From NCBI GenBank assembly GCA_032718475.1, contig JAUCBJ010003978.1:1-41900 (forward strand): a stretch of 41,900 nucleotides of DNA. The letters are read 5' to 3'. Origin of the DNA: Nemertoderma westbladi. Its lineage: Eukaryota; Animalia; Xenacoelomorpha. The notes under the pieces were generated by a model. It had not been told where the DNA came from. It did not search any database and saw nothing but the letters and a program-made list of their open reading frames with translations. The stretch's first letter is position 1. Each line of letters begins with the position of its first letter. Below, in pieces: positions 1 to 11,103 of this stretch. The translations under genes were made by a program, and so were the position numbers.

Positions 1-428
1 TGGCTAAGGGGTCTGTCGTCGGTTCCCGTCGCAGATCCCGGTACAAGCAGTCAGCGTTCCGAGTTCTTTTCAGTCTCGTAATAGCTGCCGTTGACCAGAG
101 ACCGCTAAGGGCAGTCCTCGTCGAACCCGTCCTGTGGCCAGCCCTTTCGCATGTCCGTCCCATCCCTCGCGAACCCCGAAGGGATCGGTCATCGAGAACC
201 AGTACGGCTTAGCTCAGGGGGCAGTCGTTAGTTGGCCACCCGTTCGCGTGTCCGCTCCACCCCTCACGAACCCCGAAGGGTTCGATCATCGAGAACCAGA
301 ACGGCTTGGCTACTAAGTGGCCGTCGTTTCCCGTCGCAAATCCCTGACACAAGCAGTCAGCGGTCCGAGTTCTTTTCAGTCTCGTAATGGCTGCTGTTGG
401 CCAGGGACCGCTAAGGGCAGTCCTTGTC
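1..428. repeat. GC-rich composite repeat (A-B-B'-A'), cut by window start
   Basis: Block 1-~121 recurs diverged at ~307-428 (shared 'caagcagtcagcg.tccgagttcttttcagtctcgtaat.gctgc'). Block ~135-214 recurs at ~233-311 (shared 'cgaaccccgaaggg.tcg.tcatcgagaaccag'). Confidence 0.75.
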
Positions 429-1049
429 CTTTAGGCCTGGCGCATTACCAAATCCACCCCTACAGGCAGCAGGAAGTTGGCCAGGGCCTAATAGTACTCA
501 GGCTAACCTGAATACTGCTTGCATTTTCCATCCCCCCCTGGCCCTTATAACTATGAAATTATTCCCGTACCCTGTAAGTTGCCCCAAAGTTCGCCCATAA
601 ATCGCCCCCAGTTTATTGAATGTACCCAAAACCCATGGTCCCGCACCCAGTAGTAATATCGGAATAATCAATTTTAAATAAATACAAAAATATTCAACTC
701 GCGTTATGGAAAGTTGAAATACCGCGAACAGTGCGTTGGGCATTAGAGCACATATTTTTTTCTAAATTTTTTGGAAAGGCATTCTCCACAAACTCTATAC
801 TTTATAACACAAACTTTATAAGTTCTTACATAAGTTATATAGGACCCCATTGGTTGTTCAGAAGTTACAGCCATGTTCCATATAAGGTGCGTTGGGAATC
901 TCATTAGAGAACATATTTTTTCCACATTTTTTTATTGAAATATCAATTAGTAACCCGAATAGGCTTCCATACATATAGGAATCATTTATTAATATAATTA
1001 GTAGTCCTAGGCCTAATATTATTAGTCTATAATAGTTTTTATGTCAGGA

Positions 1050-3216
1050 TTAATAATTGTTATGATAGGCAATGAAACACAATGAACCACGTTCTCCACT
1101 GTGAAGGCGTACATTGCACTTCACACATTTCATTTTAGTGTTTTTTCGGCAGACCTGACAACGACCCTGGGTTGTGTGCTCCTTGATATGTCCAACATTA
1201 TCATAGCGAATGTCGATGATAGGAGCAGGTACATTCCCACCACCAATACTGAGACGTGGTGGAACTGCTGATAAAAGACACTTGGTAATGTTGATTACAA
1301 AGCTAAGATGATCAAGCTGGTTGGTTGGTTGATTGACTTCGCAATGAATCCGCCAAGCAGCTGTCATAGATACACCCAACAGCTGAATGAAAAGTGGGAA
1401 CCACCACTTCTTAGCTCTGATAGTGGGTCGGTAGGAAGCAACAAGTTTGTCCAATAGGTCAACCCCGCCCATTCCAGCATTATAATTGCCAACACAGCCA
1501 GGCTGAGTGACATTCACTGCAGCGACTCCTTTCTTTCTCCGTTTAACGTTTGTCACTGGTTCGTGAGTATCCTTGTTGCTGGCAACATTGACTACTGCAT
1601 TATCGTTCCACTTTACAATGTATACAGTTCCATCACATCGGTGATCATAAGAACCTCTGGGTTGTTTACTAAGTATCTTAGTTTTCTGCAATGATTTTTG
1701 AGCTCCACCAGTTCTGTTTTCCCTTATTGTTCCTAATAAATAATAAAGAAAATATATAGCCAGTATGGGTGGCTATGCGGCGGGGTTGCTCAGTTGGTTG
1801 AGCGCCAGGCCTGCAATCTATTGGTTGTAGGTTCAGCCCTCCAGGGACCACTCAGCCTTTTTGTAATGTATTATATAGAGTATTAGAATTTTTTATTATT
1901 ATTTATCACATTCGACATGTACATTTATTATCAACATGTACAATTATATTTATTTATTTATTTATTTTTGAACATAAAATTTGACAAACCTGTGGCTGCG
2001 ATTCCTCTTGAAGAAAGTTCTCGTAGCAACTCATAGCTTGAAAAAAAATTATCGAAATAGACATGATGATATTCCAAAGTAGAGTGCTCAGCTACAATAT
2101 CAATAAATCCCAAAACAACACGACCTCCAAGACTGTTGTGAGGATCTTTCTCTCTTGGATCAGGCTTTGCTGGCCGTTTCACTGTTCCTCTAGTACTTCT
2201 CTTCCTTTTATTGGACTTCACAGACTCGGCTGGTGTAGGGATTGGTGCTGGTTGCACTGAAGAGGTTCCTGGGGCAGGTTGCGTTTCATCTGGGGCACAA
2301 ACAGGTTTCTTGCCGGTATATATATCACAATGATACGGGTACCCGTTAGATCCAGCACCAACCCACTGTTTATAGCCGTAACGAATAGGCTTATCCTTCA
2401 TAAACATCTTAGCAGAGTGGAGGCCATGATATGGAGTCATTGACTCGTCAACAGAGAGTTTTCCATGAAAGAAACCGAACTGAATAAGGTTTCGGTTCAT
2501 CATAGTATATAATGGAGCAACCTTAGCAACCTTATTACCTACTTCTAGATTCATATTGTCCGAAAGGTGGAGGTACCTCTTTTAAGTGCATCAAAACGAT
2601 TTCTACTCATCGTTTCTTTTATCATGTCTACACCCAATACTCTATCAGTAGACCAATAATGGCGTTGAGATGGGACGGAATGGAAACCACTAAAGTATAT
2701 TATTCCAATAAACTGTCCTATTTCCTCAACTGTAGTAGAAAAGGTGCTGCAGTTTTTGTCCCGCATTGCATACAGGTTTGTTTGTTTCACTATTTCGTTT
2801 ATCATTTCTAAATCTACAAATTTACAAAAAATATCATATGGTGTCAGTATACACAACTCGGGAAATTTCTCGTCAAGTCGAGTTGGGATTGCATTGACCA
2901 TTGGTGGGCTGGACAATTTCAAATTTTTCTTCCATGGGCTTTCATCATTCGCGTCATCAGATGATTCATCAGAAGATATAGGCCCATCCAATTCTTCTTC
3001 AAGTTCGATTTCGCCTGCAGGTTCTCCAAATTCCTCACCTTCCTCATCACTAGGTAAATTTGTTTCCCCAGCATCTGGAGGCAATATAGTAAATGTTGCT
3101 GGTCGACTGGATGTAGCGGCATGAGCAATAGCATCTGCCAATGTGACAAAACGGGTAGCTTCAGTATGCCTCCCGGGCCCATAAAACTTGGAACAATGCA
3201 TTGAAATGCAATTCAT
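1050..3216 (-). pseudogene. piggyBac (PGBD2/3-like) DDD transposase with one intron (1733-1989) and one frameshift (~2577)
   Basis: Motifs QTNLYA, MSRNRF, (frameshift) YLHLSDN, SVDESM, KPIRYGYK, YFDNFF, YNAGMGGVD, and a C-terminal Cys-rich domain CQVC..CVKC..H..C..H. Splicing G|GTTTGT (1989) to TTTATTAG|GA (1733) restores GIAATG-TIRENR. True start codon uncertain. Confidence 0.92.
1779..1862 (+). mobile_element. tRNA-derived SINE head / tRNA pseudogene inside the transposase intron
   Basis: A-box-like ggttgctcagttggttgagcg, anticodon-loop-like ctgcaat, degenerate B-box ggttcagccc, followed by a T5 run. Confidence 0.6.
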
Positions 3217-4529
3217 TCAACACTTTAGCGCGCTTGCCAGACTTTTTTTGTACTGTACCTGAACTTATTGTCTGTGTCTGATTATCAGCTATAGCCCTAC
3301 TGCAATTAGTTAGGCTATTCAGCTATAGTACTGATAAGCAGGACATCTAGGCTTACTGTTATAAGCTCACTGGAAAAGATTTACTGTTGTTAAGATAGGT
3401 TCCCATAGCCATTTATCAGATGATGTATACCGGGATGTTCTGTCAGATTTACTTTCGGTTTATCGAGTTCAGTTTATAGGCCTATAGGTATAGTATACAA
3501 TGCGTAAGTAATGCCTTACCTCTAGAGTGGGCCTACACGTGCAATGTACACATACTAGTTTACTACATACTGTAGACTAGGCCTATCAAGTTATCGACTA
3601 TTATATCAAGAAATATATTGTGCACAAAAGTACTGTATAAAGTACTGCTGTTCCGATATACTGATCTACACTGTGTTCTGCTGTACATAAGCCTTGGCTG
3701 TACCTACAGTATAGACCTATGCAATGTACTGTACAGTACACTTGACAATCGAGTTATGTTCTTCACATTTCCACTGGTCAGTTGGACAACTTGTAGACAT
3801 TTTTTCAAAGATGATCAACATCAGGTCAAGAATGCAATTTATTCGAGTCAGGTCTAGAATGTGGACTGTATAACAGCTAAACAAGGTAAAATGATGCGTC
3901 ATAGCAACATAATTGTACAGTAAATATAACTGTTAGTATATGAAGCAATTTTCAAAAAAAATATAAAAAAAAATGTATTTGAAGTCCCAACGCACCTTAA
4001 ATGGAACATTTCACTTTGCTGCTGTATTAAACATTGTTAAATAAAAATTTGAAAGCTAAAACTGATAGTATTCAGCAGTATTCATAGCATTCAGGCCAAC
4101 AGGAAAGCTAACTTTTGAAAATTTTTGACCACCCCACATCTCTTAAATTTAAGATTCAAAAAGACACCTAAATTTTTCAAAAATGGCACTTTTCAACACG
4201 CAATTTCCAGTTTTTAAATTGATAAAATTTGGTCAAGCAAGGTGTCATTATGTGGGGAAACATGTAATTTACTCATATAAAAAAAAAATCACGTTTTTTT
4301 CAAAGCAGGAGCCGCCCATGTCTCTCCATATACCATGTTCCATTTAAGGTGCAATGGGCGTTAAACGGTTAACAAAATCAAGGTAGGCATTTGTTATTTT
4401 CCATCAGCAACATGGGCTTTAACTTTTAACTTTACATGGGATTAATAATACTGTAATATTCTAGAACAATACCATATGGCCAACGCCGTCGGTCATGCAC
4501 TCGCACGGCGCAAATGCTCCATTTGCGCT

Positions 4530-4665
4530 CTCCACCTGGATATGCTTGTAAAATTAATGGGACACAATATCAGTGTTCATCGGAATTATTATCAGCTGTC
4601 AGACACTGTTCTAGGAGTATCAAAACTCCCAAAGCTGTTAATGGCAATGAAAGAAGGACCATGCC
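4530..4665 (+). pseudogene. C-terminal fragment of a tyrosine-recombinase-like mobile-element protein
   Basis: LDMLVKLMGHNISVHRNYYQLSDTVLGVSKLPKLLMAMKEG fits the box II pattern (L/M)GH...(Y)Y of phage-integrase-like proteins. Family assignment is from memory. Confidence 0.65.
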
Positions 4666-4992
4666 AACACACCCCAGCATGGAACTCAACCAATTGAAAT
4701 CGATGTAGGGAGAATGGATGTAGGAGGTATGCAAAAAAATATATAATCATTTTCTTATTCCTTATCAGATTTATTTAACCTAATCGAATTTTTATTGTAG
4801 AATCATGTTTATAATTCAAGAACGTAGTTTCACTTCGTACAGTTTACAGAATAATTTTAAATTTATATTCCTCTTAGACGAATCATCCAAAACCTCAGAT
4901 AGTGAAGGAATTGGAACAAGATTATGAATACACGATTTACTACAATAATTATGCGATAAATCGCCAGGGACTGCTGCTTTTAAATATACTAC

Positions 4993-5125
4993 TTAACCCT
5001 ATTAAACCCGGGGGGGGGGGGTCAATATGACCCCCCCCGTGTTTTTTTTATAATAATTCTGAAACAAACGCAGTTGGGAATCTGACATTTTATGACTTTT
5101 CCTAAAAATTTATTTGTTATGTGAT
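4993..5125 (+). mobile_element. Isolated terminus of a TTAA-type (piggyBac-like) MITE
   Basis: TTAA|CCCTATTAAACCC followed by a G-run-GTCA-AT-ATGAC-C-run palindrome. No partner end in the window. Confidence 0.55.
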
Positions 5126-6048
5126 AAACTATTGTGGTTTCTAAACTAAAACAAATAAAAGGCTGAGGCTTACGTGCGGAGTACCAACCGCCATCCGGCC
5201 ATGGGAATTGACGCCGCGTTACTTCCGAGACCTGTCTTGGACATATTATTGGACGAATCAATATATACAATGGGATCTGCCATTTATAGCGACCTGCAGG
5301 AGGACTTTCCCATAATTACGGATATACCGTATCCCTTTGTCGATACACAGGTCGATAAGAATTGTAGGTAAACCCCCAGACCCAAATTGCTCAAATGTGT
5401 GACCCCCTTCTGTTGTTAATACCTGTATCTGCCCCTAATACGCTTTTGATAGTGCGAGCAACACCTGGTAGTTCCCAAACACAGGATAGTCAACCAATGC
5501 ACAAATATAGTCGTCGTAAGTAGGGCATTCATCGTGGTGGGGGGCATGGTGGGGCTGAACATACTTTTTATAAAAGAAAAATGCCCAGACTAACTGATTT
5601 CATTTTTTAGTGTTCTTCAGCGCCCTGATTCCAGAAATGATATTTTTAAATCTTCTGCTGGCGTCTTTTTCTTAAATAGTATTAAATAAATTAGTAATAC
5701 TATTTATAATAGTGCCATACATTTAAACAAAATACCCAGGTCAAATTATAGATTAATATTATATTATATATTAATTATATTAGCAGAACTGGCTAATGTA
5801 CTACATTGTAGTGAATTTCAACTTCTCCTACTCCTATTGCACTGATCTTAGTATCATTCAAACCGCAAGTCTATTTAGTGGGTGTAGACACCATCAAAAC
5901 AATGGTAGAGTTATTGCCTCACGAGATATTGTAAACAAAACGAGGAAAAAATACTATGAGATCATAAAGAAAACGGAAAACCCACAGACCAGAGCACAAC
6001 AAGCACACTATTAGGAGGCAATGACACATGTGTTGTGAACACATTCAA

Positions 6049-6183
6049 CGAATACAAGATAAAGGTTCACAAAGATTTGTTAGAACGGAGAAGTCTGATT
6101 ATATTAACAAAGAAGAACACTATTTAAATGACAATGAGACATTTGAAAAACATGAAGCGGACCCGACTTTAAGGTATCTAGAT
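6049..6183 (+). pseudogene. Penelope-like retroelement fragment (region N-terminal to the RT core)
   Basis: Translates RIQDKGSQRFVRTEKSDYINKEEHYLNDNETFEKHEADPTLRYLD, matching the Penelope DKG..V....Y......L.D..(Y/F)......DPT motif. Confidence 0.75.
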
Positions 6184-6197
6184 GAATCATTTAGATG

Positions 6198-6305
6198 AAA
6201 ATTTCATCAAAATCATAAGTGCGGTTCCTGAGATTGCTTAGCCAGTCAATCAATCAATATATCAGCGAGCAATTCTTACAGTAAGTAATCTGTGGGTTCC
6301 TAATT
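6198..6305 (-). mobile_element. Fragment of a Helentron/DINE-like non-autonomous element related to 23830-24716
   Basis: Shares aaaatttca.caaaatc, a 4-bp microsatellite, attcttacagtaagta and ggg.tcctaatt with 24572-24716. Confidence 0.5.
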
Positions 6306-6892
6306 CCTGATTATCAAACTATCGTTCTCTCACTGCATGCATGACACCAGTCCCCAAGTCTTATGAAATTTATTGAATATTACTAGTGACGGGTCTGGCG
6401 GCCTGATAAGGATACGACCTTTTATTACATGAAAATTATTGAAAGGGTATTAGACTGGTAATTGAACTGGAAATAATATATATATGGTTTGGTAACGATA
6501 ATTACAGACTTGAAGGATGTGTGTTTCAAATTAGTGGAGAATAAGGATTCGGGGTCTTATGAAGACAAGTCCCATTTTACTAGTATGGAGAGTTGCCTTA
6601 ATCAGTGGCAGCACATTACTGCCTCTTCTACACTTTGTCAAGCAGATTTGTCACAGAGTGCAGCTAGTGGTATTAGCAGCTGCGAATTATCACAGTTCGT
6701 GGGCATTGGTGAAATCGGAATGCAGTGGCTACATGACACAATGAAGGCATTCATAACTAATAAATTGGAGATGAGCTGTTGCCACTGTAATTAATTATGT
6801 AATGTAAATGATTTTGTTCAGAAGTGGAAAAAAATGAGAAAGCGCGGCACTGGGGGTTGAACCAGCATACTGTATAGAAGTCTAGAACCAGT

Positions 6893-6930
6893 ATACATAC
6901 GTTTTGGCCTTACAGGCCTCATCAGTAGCA
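6893..6930 (-). ncRNA. Degenerate minimal hammerhead ribozyme (Penelope pseudo-LTR type)
   Basis: Minus strand reads CUGAUGA-GGCC-uguaa-GGCC-aAAAC-guau-GUA. The GAAA box is mutated to AAAA and stem I is poor. Confidence 0.55.
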
Positions 6931-6987
6931 CTAACCAGCTCAGCAACTAGAACCTGACGCTCACCCTCTCACCTAACCCACTTCTAT

Positions 6988-9951
6988 TTAACCTTTAATA
7001 CCCGAATTAAGTATTTATGATGGAAAAAATATTTTCATGCATAATTGTCATGTATAGGGCCCATTTGGGATAATAAAAAAAAAAATTAAAAAATTCACCC
7101 ACGGGTTTTACGTATAGAGGGTCGTTGTTCCTGAACAACATTGGGTATTTGTGGTATAAATCACACCCTAGATTATTGGTATAAATAACACCCTAGATTA
7201 TCTCATAAGTGTCAATGATTTTTTAGTTATATGATATCAAGACTTGATCGAATCGTGTCCACCTAGTCGATGCAAGTACCAGTCTGTCTCAGTCTCATGT
7301 TCATTTCTTGTCAGTTCGTCTGTCTGTCAAAAAAGTATTATTAGAAAATACAGTATATTGACTGTGATTTATTTAATTGAATAAAACATTTATCAAAAAT
7401 AGTTTTCATTTCCGATGGTGAAACAGATAAAAACAGTTTTTGTTTTTTACAATGCACAATAGAACTCCGCACTTTGTACATTGCCAATGGAATAACCGTT
7501 AACACAATAGCGACATCGACCTTGATTCGTCATAAATTTAGGGAAGTGGTCTGTCAGATCATACCGAACATCGTTAACTGGGATTGGAACAGTAGATTTG
7601 GATTTCTTGGGTGGAATGGTAATGGGTTCATTGGTAGATAGATGGGCGGCCTCGCTTCGAAGTACATGTTGCCTTTCCAGACTTCATTAAACTATGGGCT
7701 ATAATAGTTTGGAAACGAATTAGTGCTAACTGCTTCTTCTTGACAATAGAGAGTTGATTACAGTGATGGTGATAGAGCAACCATCCATTGGTCACCGAAA
7801 TTCCAATCAAATAATGTACGATTGGCATATACCACTTTCTACGTTTCAGCTGTATACGGTATAAAGAAAGTAACATATCGCACAAATCCACCCCTCCCAT
7901 ACACAAATTGTATTCCTCTACCATGCGAGGTCTATCAATACTAATATATTTCTTATCTGTCGCTGACCATCTATTGGCTGGTGTACCCAAGTCATGTCCA
8001 ATGTAACTAGATACCAGCTGAATGACACCATTATCTAACCACTTCACAAGCGTCACCTTTCTATTCACTTCTACTCTCCAATCTAGAGCACCTCTTCCTT
8101 GCTTCCTCATTTCCTTCTCAGTTAAAAGAAGTTTGTTCGCACCCCGTAACCGATTACTACGAATGGTACCAATTGACCAGATACCCCTATCGATAAGATA
8201 TTTAACTAAATCGATGGACGTAAACAAATTATCGAAATATACCTTATGCCCCAGTCCACGTTGTAACGTCTTAGTTAATCTGACCACTACATTCCCACCA
8301 CTACCCAATCCAACAATTTCATCCTGGTCCGTGCATTTCCCACAGTATATTTCGAAATCGTATATCAACCCACTGACTCCACAGCGAGCCCAAACCTTAA
8401 AACCCCACTTGATCGGTTTCTTGGGCATGTATTGGCGCATGCCCACTTTTGCCCGCGTTTTCGATGGGATCATCTGTTCGTCCACAGAATGTCTCTCTTC
8501 AGCAGAAACACTTCTGCACATCTCTCGCACAGAATCAAGCATTGGTCTAACTTTATATAATTTATCTGAATGAGGATCACCAGCTGGTGGTTCCATTGTG
8601 ATATCATTGCAGTGAAAATATCTCTTAATAGTTTCAAACCGTAGTCGACTCATAGTATCCGCTATTGCAGAGACGCGAGTTTCATAAGCCCAATACATTC
8701 GATATTGAGGATATTTAATTACACCCATTAGAATTAAAATTCCAAGAAATTGATCAATTTCATTCTCAGAAAAATTTATACACTTTGACGTTTTCGTTTG
8801 GACTGTCGAATATAAATTGGTCTGCTCTGCTAAATGCTTAACGAGTGACTCACGAAAGAAATATCTAAAGTATTCCAGTGGCTCATTTGGTTCAGGAGGT
8901 GGATTAGGAAACGCATCCCCAATAAACTCACTGTCTACAGGTTCACTATCCTGCTTTCGCCACCTGTAACTACTATCCTGTATCTCTTCATTCGATTTGG
9001 AAGCTATATCATCAAGAGCTGCGGCGAGATCGACTATATCATTTGCAGAAATCTCATCCGTAATATCACCACCACCATCAACATTAATATCAAACTGTGT
9101 TACATCTTCCAATTCATCGTCATCTTCACTCTCAGACCCACTTTTGTTCCCCCCAGGTAACTCCACGCCGACTATCTCATCTTCTTCCACCATACCACGG
9201 GTTTCGTCAAACCGAACACGACTTCGTTTATAAAATCTACCAGAAGGAATTGATAGTAAATTCTCTGCACTATCACTATCAGCAATATCTAATCGATTTA
9301 CTGTTCTCAGGTCTGATAACATTAGCGAGAGGTTAGGGTTAAATCGACTCATACTGTATCTCTTCAGTATAAAAATTAGAAAGTCAAAATAAAGTGAAAC
9401 AACATGAGTAAGAGGCAGACAGACAGACAAATAGACTTTTGAGAAGATAAATTTTAATTTATAATAATATATTTGACCTGAGATACAACTCTACAGTGTC
9501 CAATTGCTAAGGCTGCTTTTTACATGGTGTTACAGGTAATGTCCCTAATTTACTTCCATGAATGACCAATGTTGTTCTGTAACAACATGTAGAAAACAAT
9601 GCACCACACCCCCCTAAACATACATTCTGCTATGGGGTAACGATTAGTAGGTAGTTAACACGCTATAGGCTATCTGCATATTTTTCGTAGCTCTTATTAT
9701 GTTGAAAACAACATACGTTATGGCCTAGAAAGAAGCGCTCTAACGTATAGTGGTACCTGATTCGCTATTTCATCTTTAAAGTCGATCTATGGCTATCGGC
9801 TTCGTATTGACTCTGTCAGATCAGGTTTAATTACAAACTACAATCATTATGCTATTTATAGCACCCAATCACAAAACAGGAAATTGAATTTTGTTCATGA
9901 GGGAACCAATTATATTTATGTTGTTTACAAACAACAGTGGGCATTAAAGGG
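6988..9951 (-). mobile_element. piggyBac-like DNA transposon #2, near full length
   Basis: Left TTAA|cctttaataccc (6988-7003) versus right gggcattaaaggg (9939-9951; TTAA degraded). Subterminal gttgtt....aacaaca motif at ~7124, ~9571 and ~9920. Confidence 0.8.
7406..9352 (-). pseudogene. piggyBac (PGBD3-like) transposase; catalytic core open, C-terminal Cys-rich domain frameshifted
   Basis: ORF from ATG 9352 carries SVDEQM, KPIKWGFK, YFDNLF, GTIRSNR and MGGVD. A 4-bp duplication (agatagat, 7636-7643) and a 1-bp loss (~7489) interrupt the tail DVRYD..DHFP..GRCRYC..CTKC..LC..NCF..FH, which stops at 7406. Confidence 0.93.
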
Positions 9952-10234
9952 AATGGGCTGTCTTAAGTTGCATATATTCTATAATTATAGTTGCATATAT
10001 TCTAACGGCCTCAAGTATGCTAGAGTGAAACAGGAGGGAAGTACAAATAAATAAATATTCAGCTTGGGTATTGCTGCCAGGTGATATTAATTACATAAAT
10101 TGGAGATGAGCTGTTGCAACTGTAATTAATGATGTAATGTAAATGGTTTTGTTTATTCATTTAATTTAAATCGAATTTATTTATTCATTCAATTTATTTA
10201 CACCATACACTATTACTTTATTATACACTTACAT

Positions 10235-10597
10235 GGGATGGGGAAGTTCTGGAATTTTTCAATCTGTTTTATGATGATACTCTAGTTGATATTATTGCCA
10301 CTGAGAATAATCGGTATGCAGCTCAGAACAACCAGTCTTGGCAACCTACAACTGGGGCAGAAATTCGTGTCTTTTTTGCTCTTACAATGCTTCTAGGCAT
10401 TATAAATAAACAGGACTATTGGATGTACTGGACAAAACGTCCAGTGGTAGCTACCCCGATTTTTAAACACTGTATGCTTCTAAAGCATTTCAAGGCTTTG
10501 AATAAAAAATCTTCATTTTACAGATAATGATACTTTTGACCCCGAAATCCACCCGAATCCAAAACTCAATAAAGTTTGGCCAATATATCTAAACCTG
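10235..10597 (+). pseudogene. piggyBac (PGBD4-like) transposase N-terminal fragment
   Basis: EFFNLFYDDTLVDIIATENNRYA..WQPTTGAEIRVFFALTMLLGI..YW..ATPIF..M, then frameshift, LHFTDN..HPNPKLNKVWPI. Not in the ORF track. Confidence 0.85.
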
Positions 10598-10599
10598 AG

Positions 10600-11103
10600 C
10601 CACATCATGATTCACTCACTGGCTTTACAATCCAATGGCTTCGCAATACATCTTCTGTGACCGTATGATCTGTTGCGATGGCTCGGAGGTGTCTGCCTGC
10701 TGTACCGATCATTCGCTCCCACACCCTTGAAGTGTGTGGGCATAAGGCGTGTGAAATTTCCATTCCACACCTTTTTTTCGCACTGAGTTGGTCACCTCAG
10801 AGCTCGCCAATGTGATCCTGGCTTCTCTAAGCTCTTTCTCTGCTCCTACAAAGTTACCACCATTGTCGGAATCCATCCTCCTAACAGCTCCATAATGACA
10901 CATAAATCGTCTCAGAGCATTGATCAATGCATCTGCGGTTGCACTTTGTACCAACTCAAGTGCCACAGCTCTTGAGTTGTAGCAAATGAATATCAAACCA
11001 TATCGTTTCTCCATATGGCGTTTCACCTTAACCATCAAAGGCCGAACATATCGGTTCCAGTGTAAGTGAATGGCGTCAAATATGGAGTGACCCGCTCTAC
11101 CGG
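10600..11103 (-). pseudogene. BEL/Pao LTR retrotransposon integrase core fragment
   Basis: PFTYTGTDMFG, KRYGLIFICYNSRAVALE, ALRRF, SDNGGNFVGA, WKFHTP and, after a frameshift, GVWERMI. These are typical BEL/Pao integrase motifs. Confidence 0.9.

Larger units (their letters stand above)
731..4372 (-). mobile_element. piggyBac-like DNA transposon #1 (one terminus intact, the other lost)
   Basis: Right end ...gcaatgggcgttaaacgg|TTAA (TTAA at 4369-4372). Subterminal motif catgttccatwtaaggtgcrwtggg at ~872-896 and ~4334-4358, inverted at ~3985-4008. Encloses the transposase. No matching TIR/TTAA found on the left, so the left boundary is approximate. Confidence 0.8.

Noticed and set aside
320-380. 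Hammerhead ribozyme in the opening repeat
   Set aside because: CUGA and GAAAC occur on the minus strand, but there is no CUGANGA box with compatible stems.
6489-6794. 101-aa ORF
   Set aside because: TTG start, no recognisable motif, and insufficient evidence of coding.
8022-9336. Plus-strand ORFs of 183, 78 and 79 aa
   Set aside because: Antisense shadows of the piggyBac transposase, with no motifs of their own.
9353-9430. TTG-initiated N-terminal extension of the 600-aa ORF
   Set aside because: It looks like an intron 3' end (ctaat..tactgaag) in a eukaryote; ATG 9352 is the more plausible start.
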